Assembly (NCBI GenBank): GCA_051294375.1
Contig: CM119268.1
Location: 20,192,531 to 20,256,530, forward strand
DNA from: Paraspadella gotoi
Taxonomy: Eukaryota > Animalia > Chaetognatha
Reading direction: 5' to 3'
Length of the DNA: 64,000 bases
A model generated the notes under the pieces. It searched no databases. It saw nothing but the letters and a program-made list of their open reading frames with translations, and had not been told where the DNA came from. Positions 13,701 through 28,384 of this stretch are shown here, in pieces; the stretch's first letter is position 1, and each line of letters begins with the position of its first letter. The position numbers and the translations under genes were made by a program.

Positions 13701-16700
13701 GCTGATTTTCATGAAGCTGAATTAATATTTTTGTAGTAAATAAATAAATACGTTTTTGTGGAAGAGTAAACGACTGTGCAACTGTTCAAAACAAAAAATG
13801 TAAAAAATTAGCAGAAAAATTTTTGCACATTTTTTGCCCTTATTATTTGCTCCCTCCTGGTCGGGGTAGCCGCACTCAATGGGGTGAGTCAAAAATCTAG
13901 AGTGACTACATGCTCAAACAAAAATTTATACATTTTTAAGCAAACTTTTATGGACAAAAAATTTCTCATATGGCTCTATACCCTAGTAATTAATTTTTTT
14001 AAAAATGTATTTATAGGTAGGAAAGGACAAAAAAATTTTAAGAAATATAAAATTTTAAGACCAGATTCAGATAGCTCATAAAAAGTTGTTTACAAAGTAT
14101 AATTCTTTTTTAAATATTTTTATGATAAGTAGGTCAAAAATAAAAAAAACTGTAAAAAATTGTCATCATCTTTCGATGATTTTATCGGTTTTTTCAGATT
14201 TTTACTGAGAAAACGAAATAATTTTTAAAACCTGTAATTTTATTTCTTGTTTAACTTTTTATGAATACATAAAATTTTAAGATTTTTAAAAAAAATTGTT
14301 TTCTTTATATAGTAATATAATAATTTTAATTAGGCTAGTACCCTGAGAAAAAATCATTTTTGATAAAAAATATTTTAATACTATAATCTATGCTCATGAT
14401 AGATTATTTTAACGCTGTATTCATTAGCATTTAAATTTCATCGGATATCGCTACTCCTGGGGCCCATATCTCGGCTCAGGGGTCAAATATTGTAATTCGC
14501 CTCGATAGTTCTATTTGTATTCGTTCTTAACAAATTTCATTAAAATCTATTGTCACAAAAAATGGGTACCTCATTTTATAATATGAAGCCTTCTGTAAAT
14601 CATTAAATGTCTCTCAAAGCTGTGACCGATTTATCCCCTTTTTCGTTTAAGCCAACAACCCTCTGAACGGATCGGCCACGAATCTGAGCCAAGAAAATAG
14701 CGAAAAGTCTCGCGTCGCATTGGTCGCTCTCACCATTGAGACGCAGGTGAGACCGAGTCGTTGTCATTCTAGTATTAGTAGCCTATTTATTTCTTTCCCC
14801 CAACCCATTTATAAAGCTCCTCATCCCTCACATCCTTCGCGCGGACTTGGAGGCCATCAAGGCCATAGTGAGCCTCATGGGCTGTCAGGGCGGGGATCAA
14901 TCGCAGACCGACGTCACAGGTATGGACGTTCAGAGCGTCAGCGGCTTGGGCTGCGCTGCGGCGTCGCGGCCGTTGATCAGCGCCGACGCGGTAATCAAGG
15001 AGCACGGGGACGGCGGGAGGAACATCGTTCACATGGCTGTCGCCATGTGCGCTCCGACGTCTAACAAGTGAGAGATGCTGCTGTTGTTGTTGTTGTTCTG
15101 TTTTTCGTGACGCCCCCTTCCTTCACACTTTTCCAGAGTTAACGACGTGAGCGCTTCGCCACCGTCCGCAGCTGACCCCGCCTGGGCCGCAACAATGGAC
15201 GCCGTTAACGCCATCTCCTCCGCTATCGATTCTCTCGCCGCTGCCTCCAGCACGGTCTCTTCCAGTAGCGGTAAGGAGGTGGGAGAGACGTTTTCTCACT
15301 CGGCGAATGCGGAGACGGGTTTTTTTTTTGGTTTTTTTTTTTCATAAGACGGGATCTTCCGTCTCTTTTTTCCTCGTTTTGTTTGCGGTTGATCACGATA
15401 ATTATTTTATCGCATTAATTTGCATTATGATTTTTCATGGCTGCAAAGGCTCGTATTCGGATATAAAAATATATTTTACTAAATCTAGGGGAAAAAAGCT
15501 TTTTCTCTCTATTTTTCGCATTTGTCGCCCTGATTATCAGAGTGCCCTGGCGGGGGGCGGGACTCCCCCTTACCGCCCGGCTACGGGATCGCCATACCAA
15601 CCCCATCATGGCCGCCCCCCGATCCAGGTAGTTCCATCACATTTACTCCTTCCAAAGACTGGGGAAGAGGTTCACGAGCCCGAATGCACGACTTAAATTT
15701 TCATCAAATTCATTAATTCCACGTTATTCGCTCTTACACGCATGCTCGCTATTCGGCATTATTTCATTTATTTTTTTAAGCCCTTACCGCGACGTTATCA
15801 AATATAAGTACTTTTCGCACAAAAAAAAACTACAAAAACAATTACAGAAGGCTTCATATTATAGAATGAGGTACCCCTTTTTTGTGATCAGAACACGTTC
15901 CGAGAAAACTACTGGACAAAATTTATTAAAATTTATTATAAACGCTCCCTATGTGAATGGCAGTGATTTTGATTTGGGTATTTTCAACTATGAAATTGGA
16001 ACTTTACTAACTATTATTTCTTTTTTCCAACTGATAAATATGAAACTGTGGCGGAATATTCACACCGCCTCACGTCCACCATCGTTCAGCCAAATCCATT
16101 GGCTCAGAGGGGGAACACACCATCCCAGGCGTAGTGTTCCATTTACAGTCCTAACGACTTCCCTCTGCGTTGGCAAAGCGAGACCGTCCTAGGGTAGCCG
16201 CGCCAGTGACTGGAGGCGTCACTGAGGGTCGGAAGCCCCCAAAGCCAACAGTGAGATGCCCCATCCCAATGGGCATCACAGGCAACCCGGCTGTTGCCAT
16301 AAAACACTCTTTATTTAAAAAACGATTAGCTATAGTAGACATATTTTTTTCCGCTAAAAATAGTCATAGAGTTATGAAAAAGGTGTCATTCTTTTCGTAT
16401 TTTAGAGTTATAAAAAATAAATGTATTTTTCGTACATTTTTTTAATATCTCGCCTTTCCCAGAAGCGTTAAAGTGCCACGGGCGTCAAAATAATTGATTT
16501 TCAGCAATTTCCATGGTTTTTCAGAAAAATATTTTTAGATAATATAAAAAATAATGATAAAATTTGTATTATCTGTTTTACTCTGTTATCTGAAATATTT
16601 AATCATAAATTAAATAAACTCAAACCGTTATTGGGAATTTTTAGAAATATATTAAAACCGGAAGTTAATTTATTTGCATGAACTTTTTCTTAAAAGCGAA

Positions 16701-19700
16701 AAGTTAAGATCACAGATTCAAATACTTTTAATTGCTTCAAGAAAACTGGCAAAGACCAAGTTTTAAAAAGTAGAATAATAATGGATTTCATAACAAAAGT
16801 TTTATAGCGACAAAAAAAATCATAAAAAAGGACCATAGTTGAGAATGTGTGACATCAAAATTCTTGTACAAATCTCGTTCATCCTTGCCTTTGTCGCAGA
16901 GAGAGATCTTCACGTAAATCAAGGATTCGCTTCGTTTCCCGAGTTTCCACAATTTTGTCAGCTGGACAACGACAGTATGAGCCGTAATTTTCTTATTTCA
17001 ATCGTTTGTTGACAAGAAAGAAGCGCTGAAAAACTTTTCTGACTTTTGAAGGTTCAGACGACGAAGTCTGAAAATGTTCCAGCCGTTTTGTAATACCAAA
17101 CTCTGCATATAACGGCACAAGGGTTTGTATTGTTGTATTTACAATGAAACCCGCCTCTAGAAAAAAAATCGCCCTGTTAAGTAAAAACCAAAATTATTTG
17201 AGTTGCCTCAACTTTCTGGCTGACTTTTAAGATGGCAACGATCGTGTTTTCAAATGTTTGTTTATTACAAATCGCGAGGTTAAAAAGTTCATAATTAAGT
17301 CTATAATTAAGTCCATAAATTCATAAAAAAGGCCAGTAAATTATAAACAAACTGTCAGTCTAAAACCGTACAACATCGGATGCAACTGCCCCTGACTAAG
17401 GTACATTTAAAAATATAATCAGGATATTTGCCGAGTTCACGTTTCTTCTTCGTCTTCATCATCGTCGTCGCGTTCTTTTTCTCGAGAAACCAGGCAAAGT
17501 GAAACGCCGATATCAAATCCATGGCGTCAGACGTCAAGCCCGTTTTCTCCCTCAACGGTCACGCCCACACGCAGCCACAATTTATATATCTAAATTTATA
17601 TTGATTTGGTTTTGATTTGACTTGGAAATTAGTTTAAAATGAAATACAATTGTTAACCAATTTTTCTTTGCCCATAGCCAAGTTAAATCATAACCTATCA
17701 ATATGAAATTGGATATTTAAATGATTTTGGTTTTTAAAAGAAAAAAAATCTTTCTGATTAAAAATCTTGACTAGTTTACAAATGACAATTTATTTTTAGC
17801 GCGGGTTTCAGTGTGTCATCTTGTTTAAAAAAAAAAACCCTTAAAAAAATTGAATTATTAGAATTTAGATATATATATATTTAAATAAAATAAATTACAA
17901 TATTGACTAGCTTTCTTTTTTTTTGTCAAACTTCTTAAGTTTAATTTTTTATCAAAATAAAACGGTTTTTCAGAGTCACTTCCGGTCTGCGGATATATTT
18001 CCGGTTTAATGATACTGATTTAAAGCAAATATAAATCTTAGAAAGATTTTTTATTGGAATAAATCTAATAAATCATAAAATATCATTTAAAAAATGATTC
18101 AAAATTGGCTATTATCACAAGAAAATATAGAAAATTGTCAAAAATCTATAAATTTGACGCTCGTGGCACTTTGACGCCCCTGGGAGAAGCGAGATGTTTT
18201 GAAAAAGTCTTTGCAAGATTTTTTTTTCTTAAAGAACGTTTAAATACGAACAGAATGACATCCTTTTTGAAGACTCTATGACCATTTTCCGCGGAAAAAA
18301 ATGTGTCTAAGCTATAGTTATCTTCTCTTTATAACATAGAACTCCCATGATATCTTACGACAATCAGCCTTAATTAAGAAGAAACTAAAAACAATTTTCA
18401 TGTAGGACTAAGCTCTGACGAACAAAGCCAGAGGTTTTTTTAATATATTCTTATACCGGCCAAGGTAGAATGACGGCAATATTGTTAATATTAAGTTTTA
18501 AAAAAATCCGACCATAAATATAGAAAATATTAACCAAAATTTTTGGAAAATCCACCCATTATTTGGAAGATTTTTGCCATAGAAGCTTTTTCCCGAATCT
18601 GACTACCGGTTGAAAACTCTTAAAATTCCGATCGTTAGCTCCTCTTTTACTTTTACTTTAAATAAAAATTTCACCAAAATGGACTAATTCACTTTCCCAT
18701 GATTGTATCATATCAAAATAACCAAATAAAATGTAAAGAAAAATTTTGAGAGCCCTTCAGACACTTTGCCAAAGGATTCCAAATTGGATGTCATTTGTTG
18801 AACAGGAACATACCTCAGTCACGTTTATATTGTTTTCAAGAAAAAAAATCTCTTTCATTTCTGTATAAAATCAGAGATAGAAAATTTTTCCGTCCAGAAG
18901 CAGTCTATTTGTTCCGGCTTGTTTGATATCAAGATGTTGATGATTTGACAAGAGAAAAAAAATGCGAGCCCTTCAGATACAACAGGATCGGAATCAAGTG
19001 TTTTTACATCGATATTTTACCAGAATTTATACCAGGAGCGTTTTTATTGTTTGGTAGTCAGATTTGAACGAAAATCTCCATTGAAAAAGTCTTCCACGAT
19101 CTTTAAGAACGACGTAGACTCCTAATAAAAGACCATTTAGAAAATAGTTCCGATTAACTCTAATTGTAGCATTGACTATTGTTGTGGAATTCATAATTTT
19201 CCAATCTCTGTGTTTTTCGTTTGATTTTTAGTAACAAAGCTTTTTACTAAAAGGTCATATAGGCCGCAGAAAGCGTGCCCAGGGCCGTATCATTCATTCA
19301 TTCTCTTTCTCTCTGTCTTTCTCCCTTTCTCTTACTTTTGTCTTCATATTTCTCTGTCATCCCTTCTTTTCTTCCTTTAGACCTTTACCTTTATTTCCCT
19401 TTCTATCTCTGCTTTTCTCTCCCTCTCTTTTTCTCTTTTCTCCTTCTTTCTTATCTTTTCTCTTAATCGTTCTCGTTCTCCCTTTTCTCCTCATATAATA
19501 ATTTGTTTCCACTTGTTCTCTCTTTCCCTGCCCTTTTTATTTCACCCATGCTCTGCTTCTCTTATTTTTTTCTCCTTCTCACTAATTTTTTAAATTTAAA
19601 TAATACTGAATGTATAAAAATCTGAAGAGACAGTGATAATTGTTATGTGTTAGTGACAGAACCGTTCAATATAAGCAGTCCCTGAGCTTCGGATAAGGCT

Positions 19701-22700
19701 GTAACACCGAGTTACAGGCGGGTTAAGCGCCCCGTCCCTCTTAACTGCTAGGCGGCCACCGGGCAAGAACCCCGGACCTTTGGGTTGGGAGGCGAATGAC
19801 TTGCCTCCGGCACCAATGGCCGCTGATGAACAGTTGGTGTATTTTAGTCCACCATAAATCTTTCAAAAGTATTGTAAGAAAAAGTTTGTTTGCCTAGCAG
19901 ATTTAAAAAATTTTTTCAACAAAAACGTGTCGATTGGGAGAAAAAAATGTCCTGAAGCTTCCCATTGACGAGTCAATTTTAAAATTAATTCAAAGGCAAA
20001 CAATAGATTTTCAATTGAATATGAACTAACTCAGAGGTAAGGAAAAGATAAAAAGAACCTGAAAACCGAAATAAATTTTTTTTTCAAAACATCTTGGCAT
20101 TCAAATCTCAAAACATAATTTTTTTTGTTAAAAGTTGCAGAAATGATATTGATTCTTGATTCTTGATTAGAAAATGCTGCAGATGATTTTAATTAATCCG
20201 TAGTCTAGCTCACTTTTTAAAATTTAATCAATTTTGTAGATAATATTCTAGTAATATTGCAAAAAGTGATTTTTTTGCTAAATTTCTCGATAGAAATCAC
20301 TGCCGAATACAAATAGAACTAAAAAATTGTTTTGGACAGTTACATAGACGTTTACTTTTCCACAAAAACGTATTTATTGCCACAAAGATATTAGTTTACC
20401 TTGATTTTCAGCTTCATGAACATCAGCAGTTCAAGTCAGTTTTGGAATAATTTGGGAAAATTGGAAGTAAAATGATGAAACGTGCATATTCAAACTATGC
20501 TTAATTATTGAAAATTTTTCAATTTTAGTTTTAAAATGTTTTTTTTATATATTTAAAACGTCAGTGCACCTGATGCCACTAAAATATTTCAAAAAATTGA
20601 AAAAAAATTTTAGGTTTTTTGGCCCCCCAGGGCCCTGTACCTCTTGTCAGGGGTTGAAATTAAAATTCGCCTCGATAGTTCTATTATATCGTCATTAAGA
20701 CTCTCAATGTAAAATTTCAAGAAATTCGTTCAGGTAGTTTGGTAGGAACAGATTCTGGTCACAAAAAAGGGGTACCTCATTTTATAATATGAAGCCTTCT
20801 GTATACTTAAGGCATAATCACTGTTGACCATCACGGTAGCTTGGTCTAATCCTACTTTATATCAGGTCGGACGAGATATTTTATTTCTCTTTCGACATCA
20901 GTGAAACTATTATTTTCAGAATTTCTCGGTCTGGGCGGCGGAAGCGGCAGCGGCTCCCTCCAAGGATCTCCGCGCCACTCCTCGTCGCCGTCTCGCTCGC
21001 CACGGCGCCACTCAACAGCCGCTCCTACCGGAACCTTCATCTCCACCAGTAAGACGAATAAGACTTAAAAAAATCATTAAAAAAAATTTAAAGATTAGAG
21101 ATCAGTAAAACTAAAATGAATACATACATACATTTACATACTACATCTCCTCTTGTGACCATTCTTGCAGTGACGGCTGCCGCGCCGACAGCTTCTTTGC
21201 CGCAGCCCCCGCCTCCAGTGAACAGCGTTCTCAGCAGCGTCAGCGCCCCCAAATCTATCCTCACGATGCAGCAGCTTCCGCCCGTCAAGCTCGACGAAAA
21301 GATGAAGCAGAAGCAGGTTCGGCCGTAGTTGTTTTGTGTGTTCGTTCAAGACGATATGGATGACCTCTTCGTCTCTTCATCAGGCCCTGGCTATCCTTCA
21401 AGCGATTCTGGACTCGCCCGTCATTAAGCCCTACCTCCGAGATTTGTTGCGAGAAAAGAACGCCGACGGGCTGACCCCCTTCATGGCCGCAGTGGCTCAT
21501 CGGGCTTATCCAGCAGCCCTAGCGGTCTTCGGTGCCGTGCAGGCTCTCGTCCACCCAGAGTCCGCGGTGACGGCGGCGGCGGCCACGACGGCCGCCCCTG
21601 AAAAAACCAGGTGCGTTTGCTCGTAGTTAGTCTATTGAAAGGTTTCGTTTTTCATTGATTAGTAAAAATAACATTAGGGCGACACGGACTCCCGCTGAAA
21701 CTGAACTCTTAATGTCGATGGTCTTCCCTCGCGGAAGTCACTTAGACAACTCTCCCCTTCACATGGTCTCCTGCAACGACACCTGCTCCTTCACCTGGAC
21801 CGGTGCCGAGCATATTACCCAGGTAAGATTTTAATTTTAGAATTTAACGTCTCAATCGTTGGTATTTTAATTAGTTTGCGCTTGAAAAGCCCGTGGATCT
21901 TGCGAAGATTCACTCATCAAATTTCGTATAAAAATTGAGTTGAAAAGTGAAATTAAACCCCTACCCCTGATTGTTAGGACATCTTCGAATGCCGTACTTG
22001 CGGCCTGACGGGCCAATTGTGCTGCTGCACCGAGTGCGCCCGCGTTTGCCACAAAGGCCACGAGTGCAAACTCAAGTCGACGACGCCGACGGCCTACTGC
22101 GACTGTTGGGAAAAGTGCCGGTGCCGCTCGCTCATCGCCGGCGCGCAACAACCGCGGTTCGCTTTGCTGAACAAGCTGCTGGCCGAAACTGGTATGTTCG
22201 GGGTTTAATTTAAAAGATATAGCTTTTGATGTATTAATAACTTATATTAAATGTGTTATGTATATATCGCTTGCGTTTATAGATTTGGTGGAACTGATCA
22301 ACTCTCGGGGCGAAAACATCTTGCTGTTTCTGGTGCAAACAGTCGGTAGACAGTTGGTCGAGCAAAGACAATATCAGCATCAACCTCCAACGAGTGAGTC
22401 TTTAATGTAAAGTTATGTACTTTGACGTTACTAGCGGTAGCCGACCAAATTCAAATTTTAATGGGAACAGCATTAAACTAATCCATTATTGGTATTACTT
22501 ATTGTGTTAAAATATTTTTTTGCAAAAATGTTCCAAACCATGAGTAATTCGCTAATTAATATTATTATATTGCTATATAATGTAAAAATTTTTTTTTAGA
22601 TATTTTAGGTTTTTTTAATTGATTCTGATAGAGCTTAAAAAGTTAAGCAAAAAATATAATTACAACTTTTTAAAATTTTGATGTTTTATTACTAAAAATT

Positions 22701-25700
22701 AGTAAAAACTGCTAAAATCATCGGATGATGATGATGATGATGATTTTTTCAGGTTTTTCTCAATTTAAACCCACTTATCATCAAAATATTGAAAAAAGAA
22801 TTATACTTTGTGTAGATAACTTTTTATAAGCTATTTGAATCTGCTTTTAAAAATAAAAAATTCCAAAAAAAATTTTTGACATTTCCTATCTATAAATAAA
22901 TATTAAAAAATTAATTACTAATGCTTCTTGCCATTTTAGAAAATTTTGCTCCATTTAAAGTTTTCTCAGAAATGTATGAAGTTTCATTTGGAAAGGTTCC
23001 CAAATCAAACTTCTGACCCACCCCATTGACGAAGTTTGGCTCTAACGTTACTCTCTTCCTTTCAAAATTTATTCCTTCTTTTTTAGGTTCCGCACCTTCC
23101 TCCACAGCCTCCCGCCCGCACGCGCGCAAGGTCGCCATCACCTCCGCCCCTTCGGGTAGCGATGAACCGGAAATGCCCGAACACGACCTTGAGCCTCCGC
23201 GGTTCGCCCGCCGTGCCCTAGAGCGGATCCTTTCCGACTGGCACGCTATCCGTGCCATGGTCTTCTCTGGTTGCCCTGGTGTCGCTTCTGCCGCCGACGC
23301 ACCGCCTCCCGGTGCCCCCGTCGCCTCCTTGACGGAGGAGCAGCTTCTCCTGTCAGCTCAGAGCGGGAGCATGAGGCTAGACAAATTCGTCCACTGCCTC
23401 GTCGTCAAGTGTAGCATAGAGATGCTGGACACGTTGCTGACCACGCTCATCTATGAGATAAAGAACGATGGACCGAATAGTAAGTTGGGCTGGGTGAAAA
23501 TTTTTGTTAAAAATGAGAGTAGATTGTTCTTTGTTCTTCCCTTTTACGTTAAATTTTTTTCTTTTTTTATTTCCTGTCAATGCATTTTATACACTTTATT
23601 ATGAAAGAGTTTACTAGAAAGATTAAAAAAGATCGAAAGGACTTGGTTTTAACGACAACAATTTGTACTAAGTTTTTCTTCTTCATTCAGGCCGCAAGGC
23701 GGAAGCGATGGATGTGTCGCGCCGCTTCGTCCGCTCAGTGGCGCGACTCTTCGTCGTCCTAAGCGTAGAATTGACGCCTTCCTCCAACAAGAAAAAGGGC
23801 GCCGCTGGGTATTCGCAGCCGCTGTACAAGTGCAGGAGGGTGAGTGGGTTGAACGTTGGACCGAAACGCGACAAATTGTGGGAATTCAATCATTTAATTT
23901 AAAATTGTGACGATTTAAATATTTTCGTCCCAGGTTTTTCAATCTTTACTTCCTCTCGCCGTCGACGAACTCTGCGAAGTCGCAGATTCCCTCATCACAC
24001 CGGTTCGTCTCGGAGTCGCTCGTCCAACGGCGCCATTTCCCCTCGTCTCTACCAATTTGGACGCCGTTCACGGGTAAGTGGCATATCGATGTTGATTGTT
24101 GAATAGATAAAATAATAAATACGGTAGATATTACTTTATGATCATTTTTGGGTCTTTTCTCTCTCTCAGTTCTGAGGATCTCTTCACCGCCGATCCTCCC
24201 CCGCTCCGCCCTCTTTCCTCGGACGGCGCGCCCTCTGCGTCCGCTTCGTCAAACTTTCACGTTTCCACCAGCGTTCCCGCCGCTGGTAGTGCCACGCCCT
24301 CTTCGGCGATGGGGCATCACTTTCGATCTACCAACGCCATGACACCGGGTGGTGGCGCCACCACGGATTATGGTTCTGGCGTTATCGGCGTCGACACTGT
24401 CGCCGCGGTGCTGCCGCCCGGTGAGAAAGGAAGAGAATGTGATATCATGGGCGTGAGGAATTCATTGGTTTCGATTGTATTTGTGAAATTGTGAATAAAC
24501 GCATCTTTCAGCTTTTTCTCCTTTCTCTTTTTTTTCTTTCCTTTTTTCCTTTTTTTTCATTTTTTCCTTTTTCATTCTGAGACTTTTGAGGATATTTTTG
24601 ATTTAGGAATTTGTAGACATTGAGTTTCCACTTGGTTTTCTCTAAATTCGAAACGCAACGAAAAGAAAGTTTTATTTGTTACAAACAACGATTCATATAA
24701 TAAGAATTGTAGCGGACAAGTTTCGACACTTATTTTTAGTGAGTACTGATAAAGACTCAGGGGGGGAAAATAGGAGTCGAAACATGTCCGCTACAATTCT
24801 ATAAAAAAATCGTTGTTTGAAACAAATAAAACTTTTTTTCTAGGAGCGCCATGGTGGAGTGGTATAACTTGTCAATGACTCTGACATAATTCTCTATACG
24901 AAACCCCCCCCCCCAACATTAGCCACCAAAAGGCGAGACACCGCGAAAAAATAATGGGGGGGGGGTTTCAATAAGAATCATAATTCCATTCAGAATTAAA
25001 GATTTTTTTTAAATGAAGACTCGAAACATAGAGTCGAAACATGTCCTTAAAAACTGTTAAACAAATTGTTGTTCAAAAACGAATTTTTCGTTACACTCCT
25101 TAAACACACAAACAACAAAAAGAAAGATCGAATACAATGTCTACCACTAAATGAACTTTAAATTATTTAAATAGCTTTTGATGAAAATCCAATAGACTTT
25201 CTCATTTTTTTAGTTTTGTGTCTTGGTTATTTAGTCCAGAGGGAAACATGACGATGTCATGCCACGCAATTGGGGTCCTGGACATGACATCTTGGTCAAG
25301 AAGGGGAATGCAGAGGCTTGCCGTTCCATTCTCCTCTTCTTTCCTCCTCCTCCTGCCCCTCGGTATATTTTGTCTAGCGATACATTCTCTAGTTTCTACT
25401 CTTCGAGAAATATACCATTATTTTCCCTCTATTTCTTCACGCCTTCAATACCCCTCAATTCTAGATTTAGTAACTAAATCATTTATGAAATTGGTACATC
25501 CAATATAAAAATTATCCATTCATTTAATAAATATGCTATCTTGCCCCTGACTATGGACACTGGACAGGCTTTGGTGGTTTAAGGCCTCCATCACTCTTAC
25601 AAGATAATGACAGAGAAGTTTCATGTTTCAGTTTCATGTTTATATTTCAATCCTTTCTGCCCTTCCCTTTCCATCCTAACTACCCCCTCCCAATAGGCTC

Positions 25701-28353
25701 CGTAGTCGTGGGATCATCGGAAGTAGGCGTGGTCGCCGGCGACGACGACGAGGGCGACGAAGGCCCGCTGGGCGAAGTGGAGGAGGTTGAGGTGGTGGAG
25801 GGACAGGAGGGAGAGGAAGACGACCCAGCCACCGACGGCGGAGATCAAGAGGAGGACGGCGTCGGAGAGAATCAAGAGGAAGGAGACGCCGGAAATGAGT
25901 CCGACATGGACCTCGATCTCTTGGCCGAGAGCGAGAGCGACTCCGACGCAAGCAATCACTCCAACCAGGTTCTTGCGGCAATTAACTTAATTTTTGTATA
26001 AATACATTAAAAATTACAAGATTACTTGTTTTACTATATTAGACTAAATTAGACCAAGTTGAGTATATTTCATATAAGTATTAGTTTTACTATTATTTAT
26101 TTCATAAATGTTAGTGTTGTCTTTTGGAAATATAGGGAGAATCTATACAACTCGAGGGTAAAAATTACTTTCTGCCCTAGTTTTTTAATAAGATATTAGC
26201 CATCATTCTTGTTAGAAAGTTATTTATTATTGAAAAATCAAAATATCTAAAAGTCAGAACAGAATGGGGGTGGAGGGGATAATTTGTTATGGGATAAATT
26301 TTATTTATGTAGATTCCTCCATAAATTTTTAAATTTGTCAGAACGTTTTTCTCTTTTTTTTCCATATTTTTTGACACGCTAAACGTTTCTCTGATTACGC
26401 AAAATTTCATGAAAAAAATAAAAAATTAATAGTATCAATAGTTAGTGTTATGTCTCGAATAGATGGAAAAAAACCTTGTTTAAAAATTCGAACGGGAAGT
26501 GGGGTAACTAAGGCTTACCAATGGCATCCTCCACACTGATCGTTCTCTCAAATAATTTTTTTTATTTAATACATTTAAAAGGGTACAGATAATCTGGACA
26601 TACTGACATGATAATCATGACCTTTTATGTCTTCGATCATTAAGTCAGTCAATGAACCCTTTCCAATGGGCTATTCTGCGAAATTTTCTTTCTTAATTAA
26701 AACGGATGATAAGTAATAGAATTAAATTCCTTGTATGAAGGTTGTTATATTTAAAAAAAAATTATCAATACAAATAAACACAATGATGTCTTGCTTTGTC
26801 AAATATGTCGCCAGCTATGTAATTTTTTAAAATTTTATTATGATAAACAAGCAGCGTGTCAAGCTTTTTGTTTGCAGTTGAAGATAATGAAAAATAACAA
26901 TTTTTTGTTCACAGACAAGAAGATAGACGTCCAGACTGTTTATATCAATTTGAAAATATTTTGGTATTTATCATTTTTCATATTTAAAAAAACATTTTAT
27001 CCAGCTACTTCATAAATTTTTGCTTGTTTTTTACTTTAACTAAAAAATACAAGCAAATTTATAGAGTAGAGAAAATTTAATGGTAATCAAAATGTAATTT
27101 AGTCTTTCCTTTTTCAAATTACGAAAGAAGAAAAAAAATTTCGCATACCTTCATTGGAATTTTTAATGCAAAAAACTGTTATACTTTTAACTCCGATNNN
27201 NNNNNNNNNNNNNNNNNNNNNNTTAAATAAAAAGCTGTGTAAGATTTATGGATAAAATTTAATAAAACTATTTTAGAAAGGTGTCCCATGATTAGGGCTT
27301 TAATTTAATACCTCACCCACATTCCTACATCTTTTCTTTCCAAAGTTATTAAGAAAATAACTTTTTTTACAGTTAGAGAACTAAGGATTTGAACTACGCA
27401 GTAAGGCGTAGTAAAATTTCTAAATTTAACTTTAATTAAAATTTTAAAAGTGAGGACGAAACAATATTATATAATGAATATTTATATAATAAAAAAATTT
27501 ATAATAAATTTACAATTTACGCAGTAGGCCATATTTATACTAGTACTAAACCAATAAATGTTAAAATTTCAAAACAGTTTTAATATTTTTTTGCAGATTT
27601 GGATTTGTCATAAAAAGTTGACAAAAAGAAATATAACTCTTTTTGAAAAATTCCTTCATTAAGTGGGTTAAAAAATTAAAAAAATTATATTTTAAGCTTA
27701 AAATTAACTTTTATATATTAAATAGTTTTTTTAATTTTTAACCCATTTAATGAAAGAATTTTAAAAAATGATTTATATTTCCTTTTATCAACTTTTGACG
27801 AGGAATTCAAATCTGCAATCAAAATTAAGAAAAGCCTATTTTGAAATTTTTCGATTTTATATAGGATAGTACTATATATAAATATAGCCTACTGCGAAAA
27901 TTAAAAAATAAAATTAATTTTTTTTACAAATTAATGTTCACTGATAGTATGTTGTTCATAATTGACTTTTAGAATTTTCGTATGTAACTTTCACTACGCC
28001 TTACTACGCAGTACAAATCTTTGTTAAATAAAAATTTCGGCAAAGCGGGAGTATCTCAATTTATCCTATTAGTACAATACCTAAATTTTAAAATAAAACC
28101 TTAGGAATTGTTTATTGTTTGCCAATACAACGATTTTTATTGTCATAGTACATGTTTCGACTCTGTTGATTCGAGTCTTCATCAGCTTTGAAAAAACATT
28201 ATCAAAAATGCTCTACATATTAAGTTAGAGAGAGAGAGTGAGAGAGATTGAGGGAGAGTTTCCAACAAAGGGCTGAGTAAAGGACAGTGGCCAGATGAGA
28301 GGACAGTGAAGGTAAGAACAGAGAAGAAGATAATTTGAAATGGTGAAAAGTGA

Positions 28354-28384
<31 letters not shown>

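Larger units (their letters stand above)
15845..20801. mobile_element. Same TA-TSD TIR family, expanded by nested insertions
   Basis: TIRs at 15845 and 20801. Contains a solo LTR, a long-TIR element (~16327-18319), the TAGGA element and a SINE. Confidence 0.65.

Noticed and set aside
15540-15695. GC-rich intronic block, possible exon or HDV-like ribozyme
   Set aside because: No convincing splice sites or UBR5 homology, and I could not build the HDV double pseudoknot.
16047-16301. Hammerhead-containing retrozyme LTR
   Set aside because: No CUGANGA...GAAA core found on either strand by eye.
19752-19823. Possible tRNA gene
   Set aside because: D and anticodon arms pair poorly, and it is attached to a dispersed repeat body, so it is a SINE head.
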